A stretch of 64,000 nucleotides of DNA. It comes from a virus. The notes under the pieces were generated by a model. The model was not told the DNA's origin and did not search any database. It saw nothing but the letters and a program-made list of their open reading frames with translations. The DNA is taken from the IMG/VR virus record IMGVR_UViG_3300043137_000281. One strand, 5' to 3'. A program made the translations under genes and the position numbers. Shown here in pieces: positions 63,036 to 64,000 of this stretch (the first letter of the stretch is position 1; each line of letters starts with the position of its first letter).

Positions 63036-64000
63036 TTATCCCCAATTTGCGAATTGTTTTGTTTTCTTGATACGATCATCTAGACCGTGTGTGCCACCAT
63101 TCACTCTACGGGTGATTTGGCCGATCACCGCATCGGTTACGCCCTTACCAGCAATTGCAAACAGACCGTTCTTATTAAAGAACCATAGTGCGGATTCAAA
63201 TGCTAATTCAGTTGCAACGATATCTGGATTTGTTAGAACGTCTGGGCGTCCAACATCGGAAGCAAACTGAGTGTAGTTCGACTTACCTGTCAACTGGATT
63301 GGTCCACGACCACGGAACTTCCAGCCATCACCCGATGACTCTGGTCCGTTACCCATACGATTTGCATATACCTTGTTCGCAATCTTTTCAGGCTTACGAG
63401 CATAACCCGCAGTCGAAGCGATTGTCGGGAAATACTTCTTGAAGATGCCGTTTAGACCCTTGTCAGAGTAGTTTAGATTCTCTGAGAACACCTTGAAGCC
63501 ACCAGATTCGTGGGCACATTGACCAAAGAAGTGGGCTGCTTGTGCAGTTGATAGTTTGAAGTAATCTCTAGCAGCCTTGAATGTACCAGGTCCCCACTTA
63601 CCATCAGCCGCAACACCACACTTCGCTTGTAGTGATTGCATTGGTCCAAGGCCAGCGATATTCGTGGCGGCTGTAGCTACCTTAGCAACCTGTGCTACTG
63701 CTTGAACTACAGGTGCACCAGCTTCTTTAGTTGTGCGAGGGTCGAAGTCAGCAACAGGTGTATACTTTGTGCCACCAGCTTTAGACTTAGAAGCAATCAA
63801 ACGTTGACGGCGATTGCCACCTTCCTTCTTGATTGATGCGTGAACCCAACCAGAGTTCTTATCACCAGCTGAATAGAATTCTAGAATGACCTGGTCAAAC
63901 TCTAGATTGTCTGCAACCCAGTCAGCAACAGTCTTGTTGTCAACACCTTTAACTTCGAAGTCAATTGCTTGGCCGTTAACGTGTTGCGAGGTCTTTGAAC
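63036..64000 (-). CDS. Multidomain endolysin (C-terminal part): GH19 lysozyme-like + peptidoglycan-binding domain, preceded by a peptidase-M15-like domain. Continues beyond the window end.
   Basis: AAHFFGQCAHESGGF (GH19 catalytic region). CGVAADGKWGPGTFKAARDYF (PG_binding_1-like). The frame stays open upstream to position 64000 (...EFYSAGDKNSGWVHASI, M15-like). Confidence 0.6.
   Translation of the reverse strand, partial: SKTSQHVNGQAIDFEVKGVDNKTVADWVADNLEFDQVILEFYSAGDKNSGWVHASIKKEGGNRRQRLIASKSKAGGTKYTPVADFDPRTTKEAGAPVVQAVAQVAKVATAATNIAGLGPMQSLQAKCGVAADGKWGPGTFKAARDYFKLSTAQAAHFFGQCAHESGGFKVFSENLNYSDKGLNGIFKKYFPTIASTAGYARKPEKIANKVYANRMGNGPESSGDGWKFRGRGPIQLTGKSNYTQFASDVGRPDVLTNPDIVATELAFESALWFFNKNGLFAIAGKGVTDAVIGQITRRVNGGTHGLDDRIKKTKQFANWG

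Noticed and set aside
62800-63270. 156-aa plus-strand ORF rich in Ala/Ser/Thr
   Set aside because: It is the mirror frame of the endolysin/EF-hand genes on the minus strand.

Overview
This 64 kb window appears to be part of the genome of a large virulent T4-superfamily-like myophage. About 95% of genes are on the minus strand, packed tightly with many overlapping start/stop codons.

The T4-like assignment rests on a recognisable replication and nucleotide-metabolism block:
- nrdA, glutaredoxin and nrdB
- T4-type RNase H (rnh)
- gp61-like primase
- ATP-dependent DNA ligase
- dCMP deaminase
- ThyX
- MazG
- homing-endonuclease-like genes next to nrd and the tRNA region

A roughly 7 kb tRNA island (41.3-48.5 kb, minus strand) holds at least 22 canonical tRNAs, including initiator tRNA-fMet and a tRNA-His with an encoded G-1. 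It also holds five non-canonical tRNA-like genes, two copies of a roughly 120 bp terminal-inverted-repeat element fused to tRNA 5' ends, and a 1 kb non-coding island.

A GapR/DUF2312-like gene points to an alphaproteobacterial host.

A conserved sigma70-type promoter with a near-identical 30-nt leader (AGTAGTCAGTGAGAAGAAAGTGATTCGTTATG) is repeated at least 16 times in front of minus-strand genes.

The accessory content is unusual in three places:
- At the 5' end, a translationally coupled operon encodes CsgF- and CsgG-like curli secretion proteins together with two secreted curlin-repeat proteins, a FecR-domain protein and a CHASE2 sensor that runs off the window edge. This would be a phage-borne amyloid-secretion module.
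- At 35.3-43.1 kb there is a cluster of five 2OG-Fe(II) oxygenase/cupin genes with an AsnB/TilS-like PP-loop ATPase and an S8 subtilase.
- Scattered through the window are three sulfotransferase-like genes, an epimerase, a cytidylyltransferase, a split Pnkp-like kinase and HAD phosphatase, two DNA methyltransferases, an HD-domain ppGpp hydrolase, SAM decarboxylase, an FG-GAP lipoprotein, SPFH and OMP genes.

The window ends in a lysis region with a multidomain endolysin that continues past the edge.

All calls come from reading the sequence and the six-frame ORF track by eye. No database searches were run.
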